DNA from: the human T2T-CHM13v2.0 reference genome, Homo sapiens
Reading direction: 5' to 3'
DNA length: 64,000 bases
Assembly (NCBI GenBank): GCA_009914755.4
Contig: CP068257.2
Span: 44,384,001-44,448,000, forward strand
Shown here: positions 49,109-61,000 of the stretch, piece after piece
Layout of the letters: each line of letters opens with the position of its first letter
Numbering within the stretch: the stretch's first letter is position 1
Made by a program: the position numbers and the translations under genes
The notes under the pieces: generated by a model
Told to the model about the DNA's origin: nothing
Seen by the model: only the letters and a program-made list of their open reading frames with translations
Database searches by the model: none

Positions 49109-51626
49109 AGCTGGGCCGAGGGTCAGGCCTGGAGGTGGTGCCCATCACTGGGTCCCACTCAACAGAGAGGAGGCTGGGAAGCCAGGTGCAGCTGTGTGCC
49201 CACAGGCGGGTGAGACAGGACTGGGCCTGGATCCCGCACCTGCTCGCCGCGCAGCTCAGCGCAAGCGGCCTCCGGGGGCCTCCTCTCTGCAAGGGGAGCG
49301 CGCGCCCGGCCCTGACCCTGCCTGCTGATTCTCTGGAAGGTTCATGTCCAGGACTCCTCGGTGACCCTGGGCAGAGCCACCCACATGCGCTGCCTCCCCT
49401 CCCACCGCCTGACAGGTCTGGAGATGCCCAGAGACTTCTGGCATCCACCAGCAGCGAGGAGCGTCCCTCCCGCAAGGCTTGGCCTTTCCCCTCCAGCTTT
49501 GGCACAGGACGCGTTGGTCTGCCGTTTCTTTTGTGCACAACCATCAGTCATGATGTCAGCCCTGAGCTGGGGCCACAGAACCCTGAGCAAAGTGGGACAT
49601 AATGGAAAGCAAACAAAAAAGAAAGAAAATGATGGTTTCAAACTAAAAACCTGAGTTCACATAGCGATAGATTTAAAACTATTTTAGAAAACACTCATTA
49701 TCTCCCTGGCCTATTTTTTATTAAATTGACCAAATCTGTGGATACTCAATTGCTTGTGATGACTGCAAGCGCACATCCGAGTCCCCAGGGAGGCAGCTTC
49801 CCTTCGCTCTTCGCCAGCGCCCCTCAGTCCTAACTTTGAGGAGGGCACACGTGAGATTTCCTTTTACTAACAGAGAATCTCCAAATCCAGCCTTTTACCA
49901 GAAGCCTCTCCGAGAAACTGGGGTGAGTAAATCGCCGCTGCTGCTGCCACCTTCAGAGAGGCCTTGGGCGCCCGCCCCGACAGCCCCACACGGTCCCGGA
50001 ACTCGGGCCAGGCAACGCCCTCTCCTCCGTGCGGGGCTTAGTCATCGCCGTGCCGCTTGGCAGTGGTCTGTGGCCCCCTCAAAATGTTTCCATTTATGGA
50101 GAGAACGTGGCCTTCCCGATTTGCTGGCACAGATGGGAAAGCTCAAGCGCTCGGGCGGCCTCAGGGTTTCTCTCAAGGGCAGCAGAGGTCAGGGCCTGCA
50201 GGCTGGATGGAAGCTCCCCGCCCGGCCCGGGGGTCTCTGTGCTGCTGCGCTCCCGCCCGGCTCCTTCACAAACCTCCACCAAGTGTGGGACGTGGGCGTG
50301 GGGGGGTGGGCGGTGCCCACCCTGATGGGCACTGTGGTCGTCCACTGGTTCTGTTTGTTTAAAGTCTGGGCCTGAAGGCCTGCATGTCTCACCACACAGG
50401 ACCCTCCCTGCCCGTGACGGGTGGCAGATGGGGTGTAGGCAGCCCCCGTGCTGCCCCTTCCCCAACCCGGGGGTGCACTTGTGTCGGGGCTGGGGTGGCC
50501 GTAGTGGCCCTAGATGTCTGCAGCTGGTGGGCAAAGGCAACACACCCTAAACCCACACCTGGCCCTCGGGCCCACCACGGTGCACGCACCCAGCAGCTGA
50601 AACTGCCTGGCTCCCCCAGCGTCTCTCCCAGGACCACAGCCCCCCAGCGACCGCTCAGCACTTCTGTGGCTTCGGCGGCAGCGCCCGCGGCTTCCTGTCA
50701 CTCTCCCAGCTGGCTGAAGGCACAGACCCTCAGCTTCCACAACCCACAACTCCGGGAGGGGATTCCCAACCACAGACAGGGGTCTTTCCCCCGCAGGAAA
50801 CCTCCCACCCTTCTTCAGGCTGTCAGTGAAACGGCAGCCACTTTTCAAAATAACAGTTTCTCCCTTTACGTGACATTAAAGAGGAAAGCACTCTGCCTTC
50901 ACCTCAGTTCCGTCGCCCACACGACAATCTCTAGGGGGCTGGGGCTGTGAGTCCCCACCACGCAGGTGCCCAGTGGGCGGGGTCGGGGAGGGTGGTGGGA
51001 TCGATGGTAAGGCTTCGAGCTTTATTCCACGTCTCCCTTGAAGAAACTGACTTCTGTGACTGGAAAGATCGGGTGCTCCTGCCTAGAAAGATCCAAGCCA
51101 TCCAACTTACAGCTGGGCTTTCATGTTAAACCCAGGGAGTGGGGTCTGATCCCTGCTCACAGCCTGGGCAGGTAGCACCGTGCTGGGGAGACGTCCAAAC
51201 GAAGGTGCTGGGGCTCAGCTCCCTGCAGGTGGGTCCCGCGGCTCCTGTCCCCCGCGCGGGTGATGTGGCCTCGCCGTGTTCCCGATCGGCTCCCCACAGA
51301 GGCTGCACGTCTTGTGCATCCTCAGTGTCAAAGTAAAATGTCTGAAAAGTTAAAAACATGCCTCTCTCCAAATGCAGGGTAAAGACACAGCTGAGCCTCT
51401 CTTCAGCAGGGAGACGGCAGGGCTGGTGCGGGAGGGGTCGGAGGAGCAGGGACAGTGGGGCCTCAGGAGAGACACTGGGGGGGGAGGCTGTGGGGCAAAA
51501 CCCTGCGCCCTACACAGCAGAGAAGCTGAGCCCAGCAGCGCGGTGCTTCCGTGCACCTTTCCTAGAGAGAGACACGAAACTTCACAGAACTGGAGCCCTG
51601 AATGAACCATGATGTCAAACATGAGC

Positions 51627-52330
51627 ACACAGGTTCACAGGCCCAACACCCCACAGGCCCACACAGTCACAGAGTCACAGGTCCACACGTCCACAGGTCC
51701 AACACCCCACAGGCCCACATGGTCACAGATTCACAGGTCCACACACTCACAGGTCCACAGGTCCACACGTCCACAGGTCCACACACTCACAGGTCCACAG
51801 GTCCACATGTCCACAGGTTCACACATCCACAGGTCCACACACTCTCAGGTACACAAACTCTCAGGTTCACAGGCCCAACACCCCACAGGCCCACACAGTC
51901 ACAGATTCACAGGTCCACACGTCCACAGGTCCACACACTCACAGGTCCACACGTCCATGGTCCACATGTCCACACACTCACAGGTCCACGGGTCCACACG
52001 TCCACAGTCCACAGGTCCACAGTTCCACACACTCACAGGTCCACAGGTCCACACATCCACAGGTCCACACACTCACAGGTCCACATGTCCACAGGTCCAG
52101 CAGTACACGGGTTCACACGCAGTCCACGGGTCCATGGGTTCACACATCTACAGTACAAAGGTTCACAGGTACACAGATCCAGAGGTCCACAGGTTCACAC
52201 ATACATGAGTTCATAGGTCCACAGGTAAAGTGGTCCACAGGTTCAGACACCCACAGGTCCATAGGACCACACATTCACAGGCTCACAGGTCTGCCAGTCC
52301 ACAGGTCCACAGGTCCACAGGTTCACAGCA
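51627..52330. repeat. Minisatellite built from a 9-10-bp CACAGGTCC(A) subunit (GTCCACA heptamer core), ~700 bp
   Basis: CACAGGTCCACACGTCCACAGGTCCACACACTCACAGGTCCACAGG and variants. The 199-204 aa + ORFs (HTHRSTGPQVHT) are repeat translations. Confidence 0.9.
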
Positions 52331-52496
52331 CTAACACGACAAGAAGCTGGCATACCATACCCCAGTGTGACGCTGAATGGCCCCATCTCTTTCCCACTTG
52401 CCCATATCCAAGTTTTAAATAACCCAAGGTTACAAGTAAGGACACCAGGACATAAACACTTCCCCGAGCCCTATTCTTTAGTGGCTTTGTCGATAG

Positions 52497-53495
52497 GCTG
52501 TGTAGACATGGATGCCCACCTGAGCCCATTGCTCAGTGTCTGTATGGACAGGTGGTGTGGACATGGAAGCTCGCCTGAGTCCGTCCCTCAGTGTGTGTGT
52601 GTGGACAGGTCGTGTGGACGTGGACGTTTGCCTGAGTGCGTCCCTCAGTGTCTGTGTGGACAGGTCGTGTGGTCATGGATGTTTGCCTGAGCCCGTCCCT
52701 CAGTGTCTCTGTGGACAGGTCGTGTGGACATGGACATTTGCCTGAGTCCGTCCCTCAGTGTCTCTGTGGACAGGTCATGTGGATGTGGACATTTGCCTGA
52801 GTCCGTCCCTCAGTGTCTCTGTGGACAGGTCGTGTGGTCATGGATGTTTGCCTGAGTGCGTCCCTCAGTGTCTGTGTGGACAGGTCATGTGGACGTGGAT
52901 GTTTGCCTGAGCCCGTCCCTCAGTCTCTCTGTGGACGGGTCGTGTGGACGTGGATGTTCCCCTGAGCCCGTCCCTCAGTGTCTGTGTGGACAGGTCATGT
53001 GGACGTGGATGTTTGCCTGAGCCCGTCCCTCAGTGTCTCTGTGGACAGGTCTTCTGGACGTGGATGTTCCCCTGAGCCTGTCCCTCAGTGTCTGTGTGGA
53101 CAGGTCGTGTGGTCATGGATGTTCGCCTGAGTCCGTCCCTCAGTCACTCTGTGGACAGGTCGTGTGGACGTGGACATTTGCCTGAGTCCGTCCCTCAGTG
53201 TCTGTGTGGACAGGTCATGTGGACGTGGATGTTTGCCTGAGCCCGTCCCTCAGTGTCTGTGTGGACAGGTCGTGTGGACGTGGACATTTGCCTGAGTCCA
53301 TCCCTCAGTCTCTCTGTGGACAGGTCATGTGGACGTGGATGTTTGCCTGAGCCCGTCCCTCAGTGTCTGTGTGGACAGGTCATGTGGTCATGGATGTTTG
53401 CCTGAGCCCGTCCCTCAGTCTCTCTGTGGACAGGTCGTGTGGATGTGGATGTTCCCCTGAGTCCATCCCTCAGTGTCTGTGTGGACAGGTCATCT
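52497..53495. repeat. Minisatellite, ~55-bp unit x ~18 (CCTGAGTCCGTCCCTCAGTGTCTCTGTGGACAGGTCGTGTGGACGTGGACATTTG)
   Basis: CCTGAG(T/C)CCGTCCCTCAGTG recurs with a 54-57-bp period. The 69-107 aa + ORFs (SVCVDRSCGHG repeats) are translations. Confidence 0.95.
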
Positions 53496-56071
53496 ACACA
53501 GCCCCATCTGCCTTCAGCAAGCACAAGGAGATATCACACACCAGGGTGAAACAGTCACAGAGGCCGCCAAAGCAGCCACATCCAGAACTTTCTAAAGGTT
53601 AAAGGGTTGCATGGATGAAGGTATTTATTAAAAAGTTAGTAAGTCATGTTGAAGAACTCATTTTTAGAAGTTCTTCTGAGAGAGCCCACACCTCACTTTT
53701 CCTGATGTACCGGTCACAGGGCTCTGATGGAGGAGGGCTGTGGACCCACTCCCAACCCACAGCCTTGGTGGCCCTGGGCAGGCCACCCTTCCCCACCCTG
53801 GCTCTCAGTCCCCATTCATCATGGGACCTTCAGTTCTACAGCTAGGGAAGGATTGTGGTTTGGAGAAGAAATGCAGCCCCGGTCATGCCACAGTATGGAG
53901 GGGCCGTCCCTTCCCCCAGTTCCTCTTGTCCCCCCTCCGAAGCGTCGTTCTGCAGCTTGGCGTTCAGCTCTGACTGGCTTCCTTTAGCCTTGCTTTTCCA
54001 GTGAGGGGTGACTGTGGTGAAACAAGGATCATGAGAATCCATTCAGCCAAAACTCACAGTGGAAGTGGGTCACAGGGTGACCACAGTGAGTCATGCTGGA
54101 GAGGCTCAACCCCCACCTCCCTCGGCTGCCTGGGTCCTCTGGGGATTTCCAGTGGAAAGTCTCTACTTCTGACTCAAGAAGGATGAGGTGGCCCATCCCA
54201 GTGGGAACACTTAAGGAAGTCAACGCAACGGAAATCGATTTGAAATAAACGTTTAGTAAGCTTTTCTGAATCTGTTTGCCAGACCCTGTTCATTATGTCA
54301 AAGTAGGCAAGAGGCCGCATAAATTTGGATGGTATTGGAAACAGTTATCATGCAAGAGTCCTTTCCAGCTCTCGAAAGATGGTTGAGTTGGAAACAGATG
54401 GCGATGGTTGGGGCACATTTCAGACATGGGGAAAAACATAAGAGAAATGAGAGGCAGGGACCTCATGCTCCGTCCTTGGGGAATGGAAAGGGTCCCTTTG
54501 ACAGGGAAACTCCAGCACTGGCTGTGTCGCCGACTCCTGAACTCAGGTGCTCCAGGGAGGGAGCATCTCTTCATGCTCTGACCTTTATGCCAACCCTTTC
54601 TGAAACCACCTCTGCAAAAATTATAATAGTGGGGAAAGTATACAGTGAAAGAGATCTTATCTAACCAGCCCCATCTCACTTTTAACCTCCAAACTGCCTT
54701 TGGTCATTCCTGGGCTTGGCAAGCTAACTTGGGAGGAATTTGGTTTATAGTTTAAATGATAATACCCCTTTCCCAAAACTAAACCACCTTTGTAAACCTA
54801 ACGAAAGACCACCAGGTTAGGAGGACGAGAGGCACCTGAATTTTGCTAAGATGTAGGCAAAAACGATGACCAGCCATTATGCCAGAGGTCACAAGATTTG
54901 CAACGTCTCCACTTACTCCCACAGATCACATCACTATTGTAGAACCTGAGATTGGCCTTTTGGGAAGTCTTTACAGGCTTCTGCATTTCTGATGACTGCC
55001 CCACTCTGACCCGTGACTCTGGGCTCAACTGCTACTGCAGCCCCCACCCAGAAGTGGACTCAGTGCACAAGGACCCTTTTCCATCCGTAAGACTGCCTCC
55101 CCAGCCAATCAACAGCACCCATTCCCTAGACCCCTGCTCACCAAACTATTGTTGAAAATCCCTGGCCTCTAAATTTTCAGGGAGATTGATTTAAGTAGTG
55201 ACTCTGTCTCCCATGTGGCATGGCCAGCCCCATGTTAATTAAGCTCTTTATTGCAAAGCCATGGTCTCGGTGAATTGGTTTTGTCTGTGCAGGGGGAGGA
55301 AGAACCCACCAGGAAACACTTTCCTCCTTCCTGACTTGGATCTGTCCTGGTGCCATCATAATCCCAGAGCCCCAGGCTCCATCTCAGAGCTGAGTTTGGG
55401 TCACCCTCTGCCTTAAGCCGTCCAACTGCTGTCAGTGTAGACGCTTCCTTGGTGGAGACGTCTCATCTCCACCCCACTTTTCCCCTTCCCATACCATGTT
55501 AGGCCCCATGTGTGACCTCTATTTTGGCCGTTGTAAGCCATTCTTAGATTTTCTACAAACCAGACAGAAATTTCTCTAACTCCCAGCAATAGTGGTTGCT
55601 TCCCTGTATACAGCACAGACTCAAGTTCTGGGTTTCCAGAAAGGTGCATTAAAGGGTGAAATCAAATGTTCAGCTCTGTGGGAAGCTGAGAAGTGCAAGT
55701 GCCTCTCATCTGGCCAGAAACATTTATGTGGTCAAGCTGTGCCAAGCTCTGCTGAAGGCAGCGGAGCACCATCCCCTGTTGTCCTTCCTCAGTTTCCTCT
55801 TCACCCATCCCCTTCGAGCACTGTCTACAAAAGAAGAAAATGCACATTTGAAGAAAAGACAGCTAAGTGGAGCCAACATTTTGGTCATATGAATCACTCG
55901 TTGGTTTGTTTGTGATATTTGTTTCTCATTAAGTTGTGAGAAGAACACAGAGGAACACACAAGCACTTGGAATTGTTCTAAATCTTGGGATAAAGGATCT
56001 AACACTTTAAGGCTCAACCCTTAAGACCCTGGAGACTTCACTAGGAACCTTCTTCAGGCTGTTTTCTGGCT

Positions 56072-56285
56072 TATTCTGCACAGGGCAGGTTGGACAGAGA
56101 GGCTGCATGACCACCAGTGTCTAGCCCTGGTGGACTCTGGCTTATTCCACACAGGGCAGGTGGGACAGACTGGCTGCATGACCACTGGTGTCTAGCCCTG
56201 GTGGACACCGGCTTATTCTGCACAGGGCAGGTTGGACAGACAGGCTGCATGACCACAGGTGTCTAGCCCTGGTGGACACTGCCTT
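56072..56285. repeat. Tandem triplication, 3 x ~71 bp (CTTATTCTGCACAGGGCAGGTTGGACAGAGAGGCTGCATGACCACCAGTGTCTAGCCCTGGTGGACTCTGG)
   Basis: Three adjacent diverged copies at 56072-56142, 56143-56213 and 56214-56285. Confidence 0.9.
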
Positions 56286-57419
56286 TCTCAGGGTTTTCTT
56301 ATTTGCTGTGTCTTCCATGGCTGCCTCACTCCTCATCAGTTATGGGCTATAGTAAGCCCCAGCAACAAACTCTGACACAGGCAAGTCTGCCTCCACCATG
56401 CACCATGGGTCATCCAGCTACCGGTCTACAGAGCAGTGTGGCCAGGGGTCTGGCCTGAAACTCAGGAAAAGAAGGACCCTGGCCCATTCCCACCTACTAA
56501 ACTGCAGATCTCAAGCACTGTTTAAAAAAAATCTTTAGACAAATTAAATTTAGCAGTTTACTTGAGCAAACAACAATTCACGAATCAGGCAGCACCCAGA
56601 ACCTCCAGAGGTTCAGCAAGTTCCACCCAGAAACATGGGCAGGCAGCACTTATAGACAGAACCCGGAAGTGAGACACAGAAACAGCCTGATTGGCTATAG
56701 CTGGACGTCTGCCTCATATGGGTGTGGTCTGATCTGTTGGCAGCCTGTGATTGGCTGAAGCTTGGCTGCTGTGATTGACTGAAACTCGGATACTTGTTAA
56801 AAGAATACCAGAAGCCCCTCAACTTACAGTAAGGTTATGGCCCAATAAATGCATCATAAGTAGAAAAAATCATGAGTCAAAAAATGCATTTAATGCCCCA
56901 ATAAACCCATTGAAAAACAAAAAAAAATCATAAACCAGTGTCAGGGATCACTTGAACATGCTTAGTTAGGTTGCAGCTTGTTTACATCCTGAGGTAGGTT
57001 GCAGTTCACTACATATGGGGGCAGCTTCAGGCCAAACTTAATTTAACAGCACCCATAACCCACCCTGGGAGCCCGCATGTGCCCACAGCCCCACAGAGGT
57101 CCTCTGACCCCAAATATGCTCAACAAGAGGCTAGGCAGCCTGGACCTGTCACCTGAAGGGGAAGCCAGATCCTCCCCACCCAGAGAGGCCAGAAGTTCAG
57201 TGCCTGTCCAAGTCACCTGCACCCAGCGGGAGGGAGCCCTGCCCTTCAGAAGTCACAGGGACCTGGCACCAGGGGCCCCGTAAAGCCCAGCAGCATCTGG
57301 GGTGTGGGTTCCACTCGCTGGTTGTGGAAACTGCAGGGGATGCTGAGGGTCCTGCCAGCCCTGCCCGGAGCCCGTCCAGGATCAGTGCCTGTGCAGTAGT
57401 CACGCCTGCCATCTCCGCT

Positions 57420-57915
57420 GCCTCTACTCACGCTGATTTCATCGGACTTGAGAGAAAGGGGGGCCACAGCAGCGTTTTCACAATAGCTAAAAGGTGGAAG
57501 CAATCCACGTGTCCCCAGTGGATGAATGGATAAAGAAAACGTGTCTATCCATGCAACGGAGTATCATTCAGACGTGAAAAAGGACGAAGTCCTGACGCGT
57601 GCTACAACGTGGATGAGCCCGAGACGAGTTCTGCTGAGCGAAGGAATCCAGACACAAACGGCTCCTGTTGTAGGATTCATTTATACGACTTGGTCAGCAT
57701 AGGCAGATCCACAGAGACAGAAGGCAGGCTGGGAGGTGCCAGGGGCTGGAGGACTGAGGAACGGGCAGGGGGGCATCTACTTCACGAGGGCGAGGTTTCC
57801 TCTTGGGGAAATGAAATGTTCTGGAACTGGACCGAGGTGGGGGTTGCACAGCACTGTGAAAGTACTAAATGCGGCTGAACTGTACACTTTTAAAAAGGTT
57901 AAAATAATGGATCCT
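57420..57915 (+). mobile_element. LINE-1 3'-end fragment (old L1M), + orientation, unusually CpG-rich
   Basis: CAATAGCTAAAAGGTGGAAGCAATCCACGTGTCCCCAGTGGATGAATGGATAAAGAAAACGTG..ATTCAGACGTGAAAAAGGACGAAGTCCTGACGCGTGCTACAACGTGGATGAGCCCGAGACGAG..GGGCTGGAGGACTGAGGAACGGGCAGGGGG..CTAAATGCGGCTGAACTGTACACTTTTAAAAAGGTTAAAATAATGGATCCTGAATTTTATCTCAATTA follows the L1M 3' end layout. Confidence 0.8.
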
Positions 57916-57924
57916 GAATTTTAT

Positions 57925-58078
57925 CTCAATTAGGAAGGAAGGAAGTGAGGAAGGGAGGGAGGACGGAAGGAAAGGAGGACGGAAGAGAGGAAGGGAGGGA
58001 GGGAGGAGGGAAGAAGGAAGGAAGGAAGGGATGGAGGGAGGGAGGGATGGAGGGAGGGAGGGAGGGAGGAGGAGAGAG
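57925..58078. repeat. Polypurine/polypyrimidine tract, (GGAA)n/(GGGA)n-type, ~150 bp
   Basis: GGAAGGAAGGAAGTGAGGAAGGGAGGGAGGACGGAAGGAAAGGAGG..GGAGGGAGGGAGGGATGGAGGGAGGGAGGGAGGGAGGAGGAGAGAGG, purines on the + strand. Confidence 0.9.
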
Positions 58079-61000
58079 GCTGTTCGGGTCTCTCGTGGTG
58101 GGCGCCTGACACCTGTCATCTGAGAGTGCTCTGCTCCCCTGGGAGGCATGGAGGATGGCACTGGGGGGTGCTTGAGAGATGGAATAAACACGCCAAGGCC
58201 CAGAGGGGCCACCCAGCTGCTTTACAGGGAGGCAAGAGCCAGGGACTGCCCAGGTGACCGGCCAGCAGCAGGGCTGAGTCCCGCCTGTGTCATGCTTGCC
58301 TGGCCCTGTGTGCGGCGCCCCTTCCTCCGGGCCTGGTTGAGGGGAGACGGCCTCACCCCACTGCTTGGGAGTGCGCTGGCAGTGCCTGCAGCTCCTCCAC
58401 CCTCGACGTGGGTGCTGCGGGATGAACTGGAGGTTGCATCTGGCTGTGGGCCTTTTCCTTAAGTTCACAGCCTCCACCTTTCCGCCCGATTGCTGATGCT
58501 CAGTGTGCTGATGGGACCTTCCCTCCCACTCATAACCACCTAGAATGCAGCCGGTGTCTCCCTGCGGCTGGTGGTGTTTCAGAGCTAACAGTCCGCACAA
58601 TGTGTCACTGGCCCTGGCCGTTACTCCATGCGGAGCCACCACTCCTGGCCCCTTTCCCCATGGAAAAGCCAGCTCCTCTCCTCCTTCCTGTGGACACCGG
58701 GCGGGGGCCGGAGGGGCCGCCAGCAAAACAGAGCGCGCTGGGACTGGGGCGTGGCCGACTGTGTCTCTTCCATGCTCTCAGATACTTTGGAAGTCAGTTT
58801 GGATTTTTGTGGAAACTTTATTTTTTTTACTTTCCCTCTCGTTTCTCTGGTAACCTCAAAAACAAACACACACAGCTGTGTCACCTGGCTCCCTGCTACA
58901 TTTTTCCAGCAGACACCTAGGGCTTGGACTCCAGAGGTCCAGGCGCCAAGCTCACTCTCTGTTAACCCCTCCTGTCCCGCTCAGGCCACACCCCAGCCCT
59001 GCCACAGAGCTGGGTGGGAAACGCCTCTTCCAGGGCCCCGGGGAGAAGGAACCGGGGCTGCTGCCTCCACCCGCAGAAGAAGAGGTTTCTCCCCAGACCT
59101 TTCTAGCAGAAAATGAAACAAACAGGAAACAGCCCTGCTTCCGCACCAGGCTGAAGACCCCTGTCTCTAGAAGTCACAGAATGTGTTGCTGGAAAGGCAG
59201 GAGCCTTTATTCCAGCCTTCTCGTTGCAAAATTAGGACTCCAGGAGCAAAGAGAAGGCCGCACAGTGAATGGGTGGCAGAGCCAGAACGGGGAACCCTCA
59301 TTCCTGGACCGCCTCCTGCCTGACCTTCCCGCCTTGCAGCCCCTGAGAACAGCAGCGCCTGTGCGGCCGGAGGCCCCCGGGACCCAGGGCGGCTGCTTCT
59401 CCAATTCCTTTCCTGCTGACTTGTTCTATTTTTGTTCTAAACAAAGAATTCCATGTTTCTACCCGGTTTTGAATCCCAAATATATACTGTGACAACACAA
59501 ATTTCCTAACACATACAGCGTTATCAGCCAAGTTCCCTGCCCTTCATTAATTCACCAAATGGTTGTTCAGCACGTACTGAGAGCAAAGCGCTGTGTTGGG
59601 GGCCGGGGGAAGGAGGCCTGGTGTGAGCCCTGCTCTCCGACAAGGCGATGCAGAGACAAGTCGGTGCACAGTGCAGGCCACAGCGCGTGGCTCACGGGTG
59701 TGCATGGAAAGCCACCACCCTCCGTGGCGTTCTGCAGGAGAATATCTGTTGCTTTGGCCTCTCAGCAAACACAATTTAGTATTTACATCCTTATTCTTAC
59801 ACCCAAAGGAAACAAAAATATGAAACAATTATGAAAATCTCCAGGTGTCCACCAGGCTTTGCAAGCACAGCCGTTGCTCCCAGCTACGTGGCTGCACCGA
59901 CGCTGGCCACGGTTCAGCCACTCTGGGTCTCTGCTGGAGGGAAGGACGGCGGACTCAAGCTATCCCGTTGTTCTCTAAGCAACCTTATCTTAGGGAGCAC
60001 CAGCCATACGTTAGATGAGGGTGTAGACACAGATAATAGACAGTGCTTCACAGCTTATAGGAAGGTTAGGGGAGAGAATTTCAAGCAAAATAATCATTTG
60101 AAAAGCAACTTCTAACTCTCCCATCCAGGAGCCCTTTAGAAACGTATCTAGGCTAGCAATTCCCCACCCTCTTTAAAAATGCGTGCGGGCTGGGAGCCAG
60201 AGGGAAGGCTGAGCTGCCGCCCAGAAGCTGCCCTGCCTTCGTGGAAGTGAGAAGCCAGCAGGAGCAGCTGGGGGCTGTCTGCAAGGCTCCCTCCTGCAAG
60301 GGACCCAGGCCCAGGACACAGGGCCAGAGGGAGGGGACTGTTGGGCCATAGACCCCGACGCCCCTGTCTCTGTGGAGGTGGGTCGCTGGGGCCACGGCCG
60401 CAGCTGGGGGCTCCAGAATGTCCAGCCACAGAGTCTCCGCTCCTGTGCAGGCTCTCAGCTCCCGCCCTGCATGCTGGATTGTAACCCATGAGGCCTCGCC
60501 GCCGCAGGCTGGAGCGTAACCCGACACAAACTCGGGGTCAGTCTTTCCCTTCATCTGGCTGAAAAGGAGCTCGGCTGGGAACGTCCTTCAGTCCCAGACA
60601 GGCCCCTCTCAGTTCCAGCATCACCCTAAAAATGAGGCACTTAGACCTCCCTCAAAAACACTGAATGAAGAAAATCACTGGAATTCATTTTTTAAATACT
60701 GCCCCTCAGAAGAAAAAAGACAAGAGGTGCTAGCTCAGGCCCTTCCAGAAGCAGAGGCCGGATGGGCCTGGATGCGGAGCGTCTGGGGAGGAAGAGGAAG
60801 GGAGCCGGGGAAGCAGAGAGTTCGGTGGGAGTGGGGCCTGGGACTCCAGCTCAGGTGGGGGAGCTCAGACAGGCCAACAGTGTTCTCGAGCTCAGCTCAG
60901 CACTGCAAGGGGTCCCGTGTGTCCCAGGAACGGAGCTGGGAGCACGCGGCCAGGCCCACTGAGGTGGAGGAGCTGGGAGCTGCCCATCATTCCACTCCCT

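Noticed and set aside
51602-52216. 204-aa and 199-aa + ORFs (HTHRSTGPHVHR... repeats)
   Set aside because: These are translations of the CACAGGTCC-based minisatellite. Low complexity with no independent coding signal
57926-58726. 266-aa minus ORF beginning in the polypurine tract (PPSLPPSLP...) and extending into unique GC-rich sequence
   Set aside because: The N-terminal third is a translation of the (GGAA/GGGA)n tract. The remainder is a GC-rich open frame with no recognisable domain. High GC alone explains its length
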